Origin: Lama guanicoe
Lineage: Eukaryota
DNA: 33,189 nucleotides
Reading direction: 5' to 3'
NCBI GenBank assembly: GCA_013239625.1
Contig: MU053379.1
Location: 4,671,229-4,704,417, forward strand
The notes beneath the pieces are model-generated. The model was given only the letters and a program-made list of their open reading frames with translations, made no database searches and was not told the origin of the DNA. Positions 23,151 to 33,189 of the stretch are shown in pieces (positions within the stretch are counted from its first letter, which is position 1; every line of letters begins with the position of its first letter). Position numbers and translations under genes: made by a program.

Positions 23151-23599
23151 CTGGCACCTGAGTCCTCCCTCCCAGTCTAGCTGATTGCCTTTCCACCAGA
23201 GTTCCCCATTTCAGTCGGGGCTGTGACCTCAGGCTCACCCTGTCAGTGACACCTTCCCCGACCTCACTCTTTAAAATTGTGACCCTCTTCTCCACCTGTC
23301 TGTCGTGAATACAGATTATTGCCTGCACGTCAGTGAACCGAGGACACTGCAGCCTTCAGCCGTCCGACCATCAGTCACTACGGCCGCCCCCGACAGCCAG
23401 CTGGACAGAGCAGGAAGGAGACGGCGGCAGCCCGGCCTCTGTCACCACAGCCAGCGGTGCCCCCGAGGAGACGCAGGCCGGGGAAGAACAGGACAGCGGC
23501 CCTGGAGAGCTGAGGGGCACGTCAAAGGCATGATCTGTGAGCCCAGACCGTGCGCCTCCCAGACACAGGGAAGCGCTAAGCTCCTTAGCGTGAGGCGTC

Positions 23600-23793
23600 T
23601 GGTTTTCCTTAATTAGCAGTCATCCTTTGATGTTCTGATTGCCTGGTCTTTGTTGCAAAAACCCCTATATCCTGGCTCCTCCCCTGCCTCTCGGGAGCCG
23701 CCCCTCAGCGAGACCTGGGAGGCCTCTTCCCACGAGTCCACCGAATGAAACGTAACACTCCGCTTCGAGGTTGTGCCTTTTCTTTTCATCGGC
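23600..23793 (+). mobile_element. ERV1-class LTR 3' fragment
   Basis: aaaaacccctatatcctggctcctcccctgcctc...ccgaatgaaacgtaac...aggttgtgccttttcttttcatcggca. Confidence 0.6.
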
Positions 23794-26700
23794 ACCGTCC
23801 TCCTCTCCTGGATCATTTTCCCCATCACTCCTTCTGACGTCTGCGTCCATAATTTCTTCTTCTCTGCCTCTCCCCACTGGAGTCACAGGCTTGGGGTTTG
23901 GGTCTGATCGCTGCCACCCCCGCACACACCAGGTGTCGCGAAGCGTTGCCTGAATAGTGAAGGAACTGGGTTAGCGCTCGCAGACCCCACTGAATTGTTT
24001 CTGTGAGGATGCCGTCACCGTGCCTCCTGCTGCAGCTCAAGCCTTTCGGAGGGGAGCTAATTACTTCAGTAAGACGGGGAAGGGAGAGCCCCGCGCGGAC
24101 CTGCAGAAGGAGAAGTGGGATTGAAAAGAGCGCACACTAGCGCTGCTTCTCCTGCCTCACAAGTGACAGGAAGTGAAAAGGCTCCAGAGCGCTGGGCCTC
24201 CCACGACCGCAGGCAGACACGGTTACCTCCGAGTCGAGTCTGAGCGTGCCAGTGGGGAACGGCTGCTGGTTAACGTGCACCCCTCTCTCCCTGGGGTCTC
24301 ACCTCCCCAGAAGCACGTTTCCTGCACCCGCGGGCTTTGTGACAATGAACCTGCTCCTCGTGGGGCTGTTCCTGCTCGGCCCGCAGCCGGGGTCGGAGGC
24401 CCCAGGCGGACGGGCGCTGGCGGGGACGGTGACCTAGAGAGGAACGGGCACCCCACGCGCAGTCGCCAGTGGCCGACTTGTCCAAGAAGAGGGAGTTCTT
24501 GCAAAGAGGGTCAGCCCGGTCTCCCCCGGCCCGGGGCTCTGGGAGGGGGACAGCTGTGGGGTCCAAGCCCCCTGAGCCACCGTGGGGCCAGCACAGTCAC
24601 AGCCCCAGCAGCGCATCCACACGCCCACGTGTGGAGCCCTGGGTCAGCCTGCAAGGTTGTGGGGGTGGGCAGTAGAGCCCAGGGCTGTGTGGGGAGGCGG
24701 GGGACAGCCAACAACAGAAAGCAAACAAAAAACCACAGCACAGAAGCGAAACCCAGAGCTGGATTCCGGAGGAGACCATCCTTCTAACACGGACATCCAG
24801 GGCCTTCCTCTGCTTCGGGCCAGCTGGCGGGAGTTGAGAGAAAAATAAAACAAACAAGAGAAGTGACCCCTTCTCCTCCTCTCTTCATGCCAACGGCAGC
24901 GTCGCCCCTGCGGTGCATTCCTGCTGCCCGAGGAACAGGCGGCTCCTCGCACACCCAGGTGCAACGCGGCCGCGGCCTGGCGCCGTCACAGGGGCTGCGG
25001 GGTGGGAGGTGCGGTCCAGGCAGCCACTGTCCTTTCCTCTGAGCCGCACACGAGGCCCTGGGCCCGAGACGCGTCAGGAAGCCCCTTCCTGAGGTCTGAG
25101 GATCCCTGCAGATGCCACTTATCATGACACCTTTTGCTTCAACCATCAGTCTGAGTCCACAGGCCTTAAAGGTGCCGGCTGGCGGCTGGAGGTGGGTCAC
25201 GACAGTGGATTGAGTTTCGAAGCCGGTGCTATGCCTGAAAGCGCATGGAACTGACTTGAAACGTGTGTATTTAAGACGAACTGGTGGCTCCTTGTGTCAG
25301 GAAGAGGCCCTCGGAGGAGCCCTCAGAGGAGAGGGCCCGATGCTGACTGTCCGGGACAGCCCAAGGCAGCCACTGCCCACCCAGGCCCAGCTGGCCCAAG
25401 GGCAGGGAGCACCCGACCTGGGGGACCAGCCTCAGGCCTCCTCCTTTCCTCCCGCCCCTCCCACCCCACCCACCCCACCCCAACAGAGTGGGCAGAGCTG
25501 TCCCCAGACCCCACTCTGAGGCCCAGGGGTCCCCTATAGGGTCAGGACTAGGGGAGGTGGCACCCAGCCTGCCTGAGGGGACACCCCGAGAGCCATGTCT
25601 CCAGGGAGGGTCCCTCGGGGTCAGGCCAGCAGTCCTCACCCTGCCCCACAGCGGAGCCCTGGGTGTGCTGTTTGGGGTGGGAACCACCCGGGGCAGAGGC
25701 CCAGGTGTCCACAGTTTACAGTCTCCCCAGGTGGTTCCAGACCAAGGCACTGGGTAGCCTGAAGGTCAGACAGGTGCCAGGGGAGCCGGGAGCTCATCCT
25801 GCCGGGTCTGAGATCAGACGAGCTCCCGGCAGTCAAGGCCGAGGAGCTCCGGCACCGTCTCTCTGAGACGCCTGCCCGGGCGCATGGAGGACTTGCCTAG
25901 GAGGCCACAGGCCCTTGGGCCATGGCAGGGTGGGCCCAGGGGCCACATGGAACTCCACTGAAGTTTCCAGGTCAGACAGTCCTTGGGGGTGTAGTGACGG
26001 GGCACATACCCACATCCCACCACCAGTTTTCATTTTCATGAGAAGCACCACTCGCTAATCTTGGCTGCAAGTCCTGCCAAAATCACACACAGCCTGACTC
26101 ACGAGTCCACTTCCCAGAGGGGTGGCCATGGGCACGGCCTGGGGACAAATGCTGTGTGGTGGCTGCTGTCTCCGCGGAGAAGCTTCACGCTCAGCAAATC
26201 TCACTTGTAATTTACGAGCTGAGGTCCTCGTCCTGGTCCTTCAGCCGAGTGAGGGTCCAAGGGCCTTGGGGTGACATGAGGCCAGAGGTCTGTGGCAGGA
26301 GGCCATCCTGAGAATAAGTGGTTTTCTTCCCCAAACTGTCACCACGCTGCCTAGGGAACATAAGTCCCTCTGCCCCAGGCTCCGAGGGCAGTTGGGGGAG
26401 AGGGGGAGGTGGCAGGCATGGGGGACGAGGAGGGGCAAGAATGCACCATGCTCCTGGAGCCTCGCCCGACATGTGGGCACGAGAGGTCAGGATGTCCCCA
26501 CACCCACTCACTCAGAAAGGGGTTGGGGGCCAAGCATGTGTCTTCTCTGTGGATGAGGGAAGAGGGCTGGTGGGAGACCACAGGGCCTGGAAAGTGATGG
26601 CTGGGGCCCATGGGGACCAGAAGGGGTGACGGGTGAGGCTGGGGCCCACAGGCGTGGTCTGGGACGGAAGCTGGAGGGGAGCCCCGGGTCCTCTGCCAAG

Positions 26701-29700
26701 CGGGGTGGGATCCCACGAGCTGCAGGTAACAGGTCAGCCCCCGCCGTGTCCCAGGCTGACTTCTCAGTAAGACTGGCAGCCCTGCCCCCAAGATCTGCGG
26801 GACCCCTAAGCAAATCACCGCCCCCCCCCCGTGGTCACAAAGCCGCGGGGGTTTGGTGGTGGTGCTTCAGGCGGAAAGAAGTGATTGAGCAGAACACATT
26901 TTTTCAGGCTAACATCACTGGTGGGTGTGCAGATCCTGACTGGAAGGAGTTTGTTAAAACAAAGGAGTGACTGATGGGAAAACAGGCTCTTCTTGGCTCA
27001 GCTGTGGGCTCTTTCGGGTTCAAGGCCGACCTCTTAAGCTGGATGGATTCTCAGCATTTGGCCCAGCTTTCCTCATTAACAGCCTGGATAAATGTGAGCT
27101 TTGTCCCTTCCAGAATTTGAATTTCTCCTCGTGAGAACGGAGGGGAAGAATGAAGGACTGCACTGTCAGCCAATGCTCTGCACTCAGGCCGCGGGGCGGT
27201 CTCCTCAGGCCGTGGGGACGCGCCTGGACGGGGCAGGGGCAGGGTCTGCCTGGTGTCGGGAGGGCCTCCCTGCGCTGCAGGAGCTGGGTCATGGCTAAAC
27301 ACGCGGCCTCTGGGACCAGGTGTCAAGATGCGGGCCCTGGTATGCCCTCTGCTCTGCGTGACGCATGGTCGCCCGCCGGCCCTGCCCTCTCCCTGTGGAG
27401 GGTCCAGAGGAGGCAGGGGAGGCAGGGTCTCCCACTGAGGACGGGGGTTTCCTGGCGCCTTCGCTTCCTGCCTCCGCAGCCACCTGCTTCCCACTTCCTC
27501 TTTCCCTTCCTCCCCAAGGGTCTGGAATAAAGGGCCTCCCACCGCGGAGGAGAAGTCAGGCCCTCCCCACTGCCCTTTCACTTCCCCTCCGAGCCCTGAG
27601 CTCGCACCAAGGACTGGCCGGAGGGTGCACACCCCCCACCCCTGCCTGTGTTCACCAAGTGGACGGCAGTCGTGGAGGGGGAGGCCAGCAGCTGGGGGTC
27701 TGCCTCTCAGAACCCAGCAGAAGGACCTCTGACGAGGTGCAGGGACTCACCCCGGAGCAGAGCGGCCATTGCTGACCTCGGGCACTGTCCCGTGTGCCCT
27801 CTTGGCGAGAAGCGGGGGAGCAGTGTGAGCCCCTAGGACCCCTGTCTCCCAGGCAGAAGCCGGGCTGGGACCGCCCAAGGTGGCAGAGGGCAAGGTGTCC
27901 CCGCTCAGGGCCCTGCCCTCAGCGAGGGGCGTGGGACTAAGATGGGGCGCCCAGCGGGACTGCTGTCCTGGACCAAGTCCGCCTGCCACTAACTGAAGAA
28001 TGACCGCGGCGACCAGCTGGGCAGAGCAAGGGAGCAGCGGCCCTGGCGGGGGCTGTGGACCAAGGCTTCCCAGTCCTGAACCTGCGTGGGGACCCAGGTC
28101 CTGAGGGGCCTGAGACTCTGCACGACTGTCACCCTCCCAGGTAACGTGCTGCCGCAGACGTGACTCAAGGAGCCTTGGGGCCGCAGGCGCAGACCCGGGC
28201 CGAGCTGCAAGCACGCTCCCAGGGGCATCTGCTCTGGTCAGCCCTTGGCCTCCATCCGTGCTTCCCGTAGGACAATTCACTAGCTCCCTTTGGCGAACCT
28301 GGCACCTGGGGTCAGTGCGGCAGGCCTGTGTCGCCGGCGCCAGACATACCCCAGCAAGGAGCAGTGACATCTGCTCAGCTGCCGCCCAGCACCAGTGTGT
28401 ATGTGCATTTCACCAAATGCCATAAAATTGATAACTTCAACTCATCATTACTCTAAGTCCAACAATCCTGGTTCTGGCTTGGAAACGCTTTGAGGGAAAG
28501 AACCCTTTCAGAGCAGCCTGTGAAATTCCAACGACCTGGTGCTGCTGAATTGATCTCCAAGTTTTAGCTCCTCAGTCAAAGATCTGAGGTTTCTGTGCCA
28601 GACATTAACAGCTCGAGTGTTGCGCTCTGGGGGCTGCCAAGCATCTGAACCCGCCTCCTCTGTGAGCCACCCCCTCACCGCCTGTGTGTCGTGCAGGGAG
28701 TCAGAGCCCCAGCCCCGGCTACACAAGCTGAGAAAGCCAGTCCCTCCAGGACGCTGGGACTCGGATGCCACTCAGACGCTCCCATTCTGGATTTTTAATT
28801 GGGAACAGGCGTACGGACACTTTACAAGGACGTGTCCACACCCCACATGGCAGGGCTGGTGGCCTGCACGCTGCCCCTCCGGCTGCAGCGCTGATGGCGG
28901 GGCCCGTGGCCAGGTGTCAGGGAAGCTGCAGCCCCGACCAGTGTGCCCAGGCCGTGTTCCGCCGCCCGCCGCCCCGTCAGGGCTCGCTTCCGAGCAGGGC
29001 TCTCCAGGCCCCCCCACATTGGGACCCACCTCACACGCTTTCAAATGAAGCCTTTTCGCTCAAGTCAGTGAGACTGGGTTTTACCCGCAGTGTGCTGGCT
29101 CCTCCGTTTAGGAAACCCCATCACTGGTATAAAAGACAGCACTGACGAATGCCTCACCCTGTCCATCGCTGGCCGCTGGTCCCGGGTCTTCTGGGATTTC
29201 CAGTGGTTCTCAGGAAAATGACAGTGTAGCCGTTAGAGGCGGAGTTAGGACACAGCCACCTGCCAGTGGCTGTGAGTCCGGGCACGACTTTGTGAGCACG
29301 CCGTAAGTGGTTTAATGAGCCTCTCCGCTGACTGCTTAGTGGTGGTTCGCTGGGGGCGTGCGCCCCGCAGGCCTTAGCTCCGTCTGCGCGGGACCGCATG
29401 CCCTCAGGCCAGGACGGCGGCAGCAGACGGGCCAGCGCCAAAGGCCTCAGGCCTCGGCCCCTGTGTCTCTCGCCCCTTTGCACTGTTTTCTGACACCACT
29501 TAAGAGAAGATGAATCTCCCCACGTGAGCCGACGGGAGCTGAAGGTCCTGCTGCCACAGGGCGGGCACAACAGCGTGAAGGCAGATCGTTGAGACGTTCT
29601 CTGGCTTGTGATCAGCCCTCCTCTAGTGAAACCTAATTAGCAGCAACATTCTCAAACAGCTGCCGTGCAAAGGCCCAGGGGTCTCAGGCCCGACAAACAA

Positions 29701-32543
29701 GAGGGGAGCGGAAACCCCTGGGCACCTGATGCGCGCCCCCGATTCCCGGCTGCGTACTGGGTGCAAGGGCTGCGGGGACTGCGCAGGCACTTGACCCAAG
29801 CGGGGAGGTTGTGGGTGGGCCTCGCGCTCTCTTTGCGCTCTCTGGGGCCTCTGAGGACACGGGGAATTGTGCTCATTCTCGTGGCATTCCAGGCATGGGA
29901 TCCAAGACCAACACCTTGAATCAGAACTGCTGAGTCACAGCTGTCGCGGCGCCCCTCCCACCAGGGAGGTGAGCAGCTGGTCTCCATCAGAGCAGCTTAC
30001 TTGAAGGAAAATGAAACAGAACACGCGAGCACCTTTAGAGCCAGAATCCATCACTGAATTCCTCCACTGACAAAGGTCATTGAAAGCAACGCTGACCAGA
30101 CACCATGTGAAAGCCGCACGAACACGCTCACGGACACACACAGCTGGCGGGCCCGGCCTCCTTGACGTGGGGTGTGCCACCATCCAGGAGGGTCCCGCAT
30201 CGTGTGGCCTCTTCCACGTGGCTTGTCCAAGTCACCTCCCCGGCACCTGGCCTCCCACGTGGGCTGTGGTGAACCGTGAACCTGAGGCTTGGGTAACCCT
30301 GGCACCTTCCATTCTCGTGGGAAGACCCAGACACGCCGCTCTTGGAGGACTGAGCGAGGTAGGGACGTTTGTGCTTCGTCCCTGGTAAGAGCTGGGTGGG
30401 CAGGGGCTGGACAGGGTTTCTGTAATTCAGCGCCTGCTGCCTGAGTCCTAACCCCAATCCTGAACTCGACCTTCCTGCTGCCCCGTGGCACCCGGGCATG
30501 GCTCAACCCCTCCTAACAGGCGGGCGAGGAAGGCAGCCCCGGGGCAGAACAGAGGGGAAGGCGGAAAACCCAGGCCTTCCGGGTTGGCTGGGAGGAGGAC
30601 GTGCATCCGGCCTTAACACGGTGGGAAGTTGAGCCCGTCCCACAGAGCCCCGCGCACCGGTCTCTGCCTCACCCCAGCAGGCCGTGGTGTCTGAGGACCG
30701 AGTCCACGCGGGGGTCGGGGTGGAGAGGGAGGAGCGCTGCGCGGTCCCCTGACCTACCCGTGCCCTGTGCCCGGCTCCCGCAGAGCCGGCTCTGGGATGG
30801 GGACTTGAACACCTCTTATCGCCGCCCGGCCGCCAGGCTCTAGTTCTCAGCCTTGACACAGAAGTGTACTCCTGTTCTGAACTCACCTCCGTTCCCTGCT
30901 TCCTCTCTCTGGGATGCTAGGCCCCTCCGGGGAGGAGGACCAGGGGCCCTTCCCAGGTGGGCTGCGTGCTGGAGATGGGGGCGGGGTCAGACCTCAGCTT
31001 GCACTGGGAAGTGAGTCGGAACCCCGGGCCTTCCTCTTGCGAGATGAATGCTCCTTGCGCTGTTTGGGGAACGAGACTCTCCTGTCTGGCTGGTCATGGC
31101 TCTGAACTAGGGGAGAAGGTCCTGGGGTGGGAGGAAGGACCCTCCCCACATTGTCATGACGCACCAGCAGGTTAGGGGGACGCCGGTGACTGTGATGCCA
31201 CGGCCGTTCCAGGTGGTCCTTCCCATTACTTATCACACTCACACTAAGCCCTCAGGCCTGGCGGAGGCCTGTGCTGCGTGCAGGACCCCGGTTCCCAGCC
31301 CCACACTTGATGCCTCCGCATGGAGCAGAGGGCACCCCCGTAGAAGAGCTGAGGGTGTTGGCTCTGGATGGGTGTCCTTGGCTGAGGACCTGCGCGATTG
31401 GCCCCCGCCTCTCAATCTGGGGTGTGGACCCTGCACCTGATGGTGACAATGCTGTGGTCCAGGGTCCCTGGGGTCACCTGAAACCCTCCTCTGTTCTCGG
31501 CCTCCTCCCCTCGTCCTGCTCCACCCTCGTCCCCTGCTCAGTGCAAGTTTCCCCCAGAAACACCCCTTCAGGCATCGTTGTCCGGGAATTCCACCCCAGG
31601 CTCTGCTTCCAGAGACCTGGATCCAAGACCGCCGTAGACAAGGTGTATGCGGAGGGTGAGGCACGCCGCGGTCCCCTCAACCCAGGGATGGCCGATCAGG
31701 TGGCCCCATGAAGAAAAAGTGGGAGACATTCCTCTGTCACCAGGCTCTACTGAGAACACGTGCATCTGTGCGTGTCCCAGCCAGCGGTGGTCACTTACTT
31801 CACGGCATTAAGAAAACAAATACCAGGAACACACAAGAAAAATGTGTGTCGGAACCCCGGTTACGTCAGGAAAGAAAGAATTAGTGACGCATCGGAAGGG
31901 CTGCTGGGTTTCTTCCCAGCCTGGGAGAGTGTTTTTAACGAGGGAGAAACATGAAAACGCCATCTCACGGGGGCCTCCGGGAGGACCCCCAGCAGGCCTC
32001 GCCCTGCATTCTCACCCCTACCGTGGACGCTGGGCGACGCTCCAGGATAGGCAGGAGGCCCTGACCCCCAGCCCCTGCCCCTCGCCCTCCTCCCTGGGCT
32101 GTGTCCCCCACGCTCAGGACTTCAAGCAGTGACACCACGTGGGCTGGTGCCGCCTGGGTGTCATCTCTGGATGTTGCACAGGTACCACCCGTGTCCAATG
32201 TTAAGGTCACCAGCTTAGCCAACAGACCTGCCCCTCAGCAGCATCCCAGCTGGGTTGATGACACCACTGTCCATGGCCATTTGGAGTCTCGGGCCTGGGC
32301 CGCATTCTCCACTTGAGCACATGACCACCAGAGGGAAGCCTTCGCCTGCGGCTGCCCCGTTCTCCTACTCCTCTGTCCAACCTCACCGTGGGCCACACAT
32401 TCTGAAGGCGTCCCTGGGGTGACTTAGGCTCTGACCTGGGGGACCTTTGCAAGCTGAACACTCCAGAGCCCTGCAGAGCACTGCCGTGGTGGCTGGAGAC
32501 CCGACTGCTGGACGTGGGGGGCGGGTATCGAACAGAGCAAATG

Positions 32544-32558
32544 CCAGTAGGTGGCAGC
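32544..32558 (+). promoter_or_regulatory. Candidate CTCF site
   Basis: CCAGTAGGTGGCAGC matches the CCASYAGRKGGCRS core. Motif only. Confidence 0.5.
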
Positions 32559-32988
32559 AGCCTCCCGTTCCCTGACAGCGAGGCCACGCTGGGCTCCCGG
32601 GCAGGGAGACGGACTGTCCAGGAGACAGAGACCTTTGGGAGCAGGTGCCAGTGACAGAGGGCCTCCCTGCAGACAAGTCTAGGTTCCGCCCCTCCTCTTC
32701 CCCTCTCTCCGCTTCTCCCTGGCTCCCCAGTCCCTTCGTCAAGCTGGCAGCTCCTTCCTGCTCACGGTCAGCTCTGGGACACAGAAGTGTGAATGTCACA
32801 CTGCACACTGCTTTCATTCCCGTGATTAACAAGAACGCATGGCCCATTTGTAAGAGACACAGTGGCCCATCAAGAGGAGGTGGCTGAGGAGATTCAGCAG
32901 AGTCCAGAGCTAAGGAACGTGGAGACACAGGACTTCCCCTGCTGGCACCTGCTCAGGACTGGTGCTCACACTCTGCTTCAATAAGTGT

Positions 32989-33189
32989 CATTACCACCAT
33001 CACCATCACCACCACCACCATCTCCACCACCATCACCACCACCACCACCACCATTTCCACCACCACCACCCTCTCCACCATCACCATCTCCACCACCACC
33101 ACCACCACCATCTCCACCACCATCACCACCATCACCACCACCACCATCTCCACCATCACCACCACCACTACCACCATCACCACCGCCAC
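32989..33189. repeat. (CAC/CAT)n trinucleotide low-complexity repeat running off the window end
   Basis: Read directly. Confidence 0.95.

Noticed and set aside
27080..27135. LDKCELCPFQ resembling the cystatin NCPF motif
   Set aside because: Too short, with no upstream QxVxG or GRTxC context.
28370..28460. VHFTKCHKIDNFNSS resembling a cystatin-like exon 2
   Set aside because: Wrong spacing, second Cys missing, in-frame stop and no partner exons.
32953..33189. Val/Met-rich 78-aa ORF
   Set aside because: Translation of the (CAC)n microsatellite.

Overview
GC-rich mammalian genomic DNA, not prokaryotic. A tRNA-Ala-derived SINE at about 9156-9242 suggests a camelid. The only supportable gene is cystatin C (CST3) on the minus strand. 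Exon 2 (13026-12913) and exon 3 (12166-12083, then a 3'UTR with ATTAAA at 11857-11852) are intact with canonical GT-AG junctions. Exon 1 is not visible and most likely lies in the 520-N gap (15409-15928) inside a CpG island. The ORF track misses exon 2 entirely, and its other ORFs look like GC-rich noise. The rest is intron and intergenic DNA with ERV/MaLR LTRs, L1 fragments, hAT DNA transposons, mini- and microsatellites and candidate regulatory motifs. Repeat family names and homologue sequences are from memory, not from a database search. I found no convincing new biological system. The most interesting points are nested retro-insertions, candidate PU.1/IRF, DR4 and CTCF elements, a poly-G tract after the polyA signal, and apparent GC-biased decay of old repeats.
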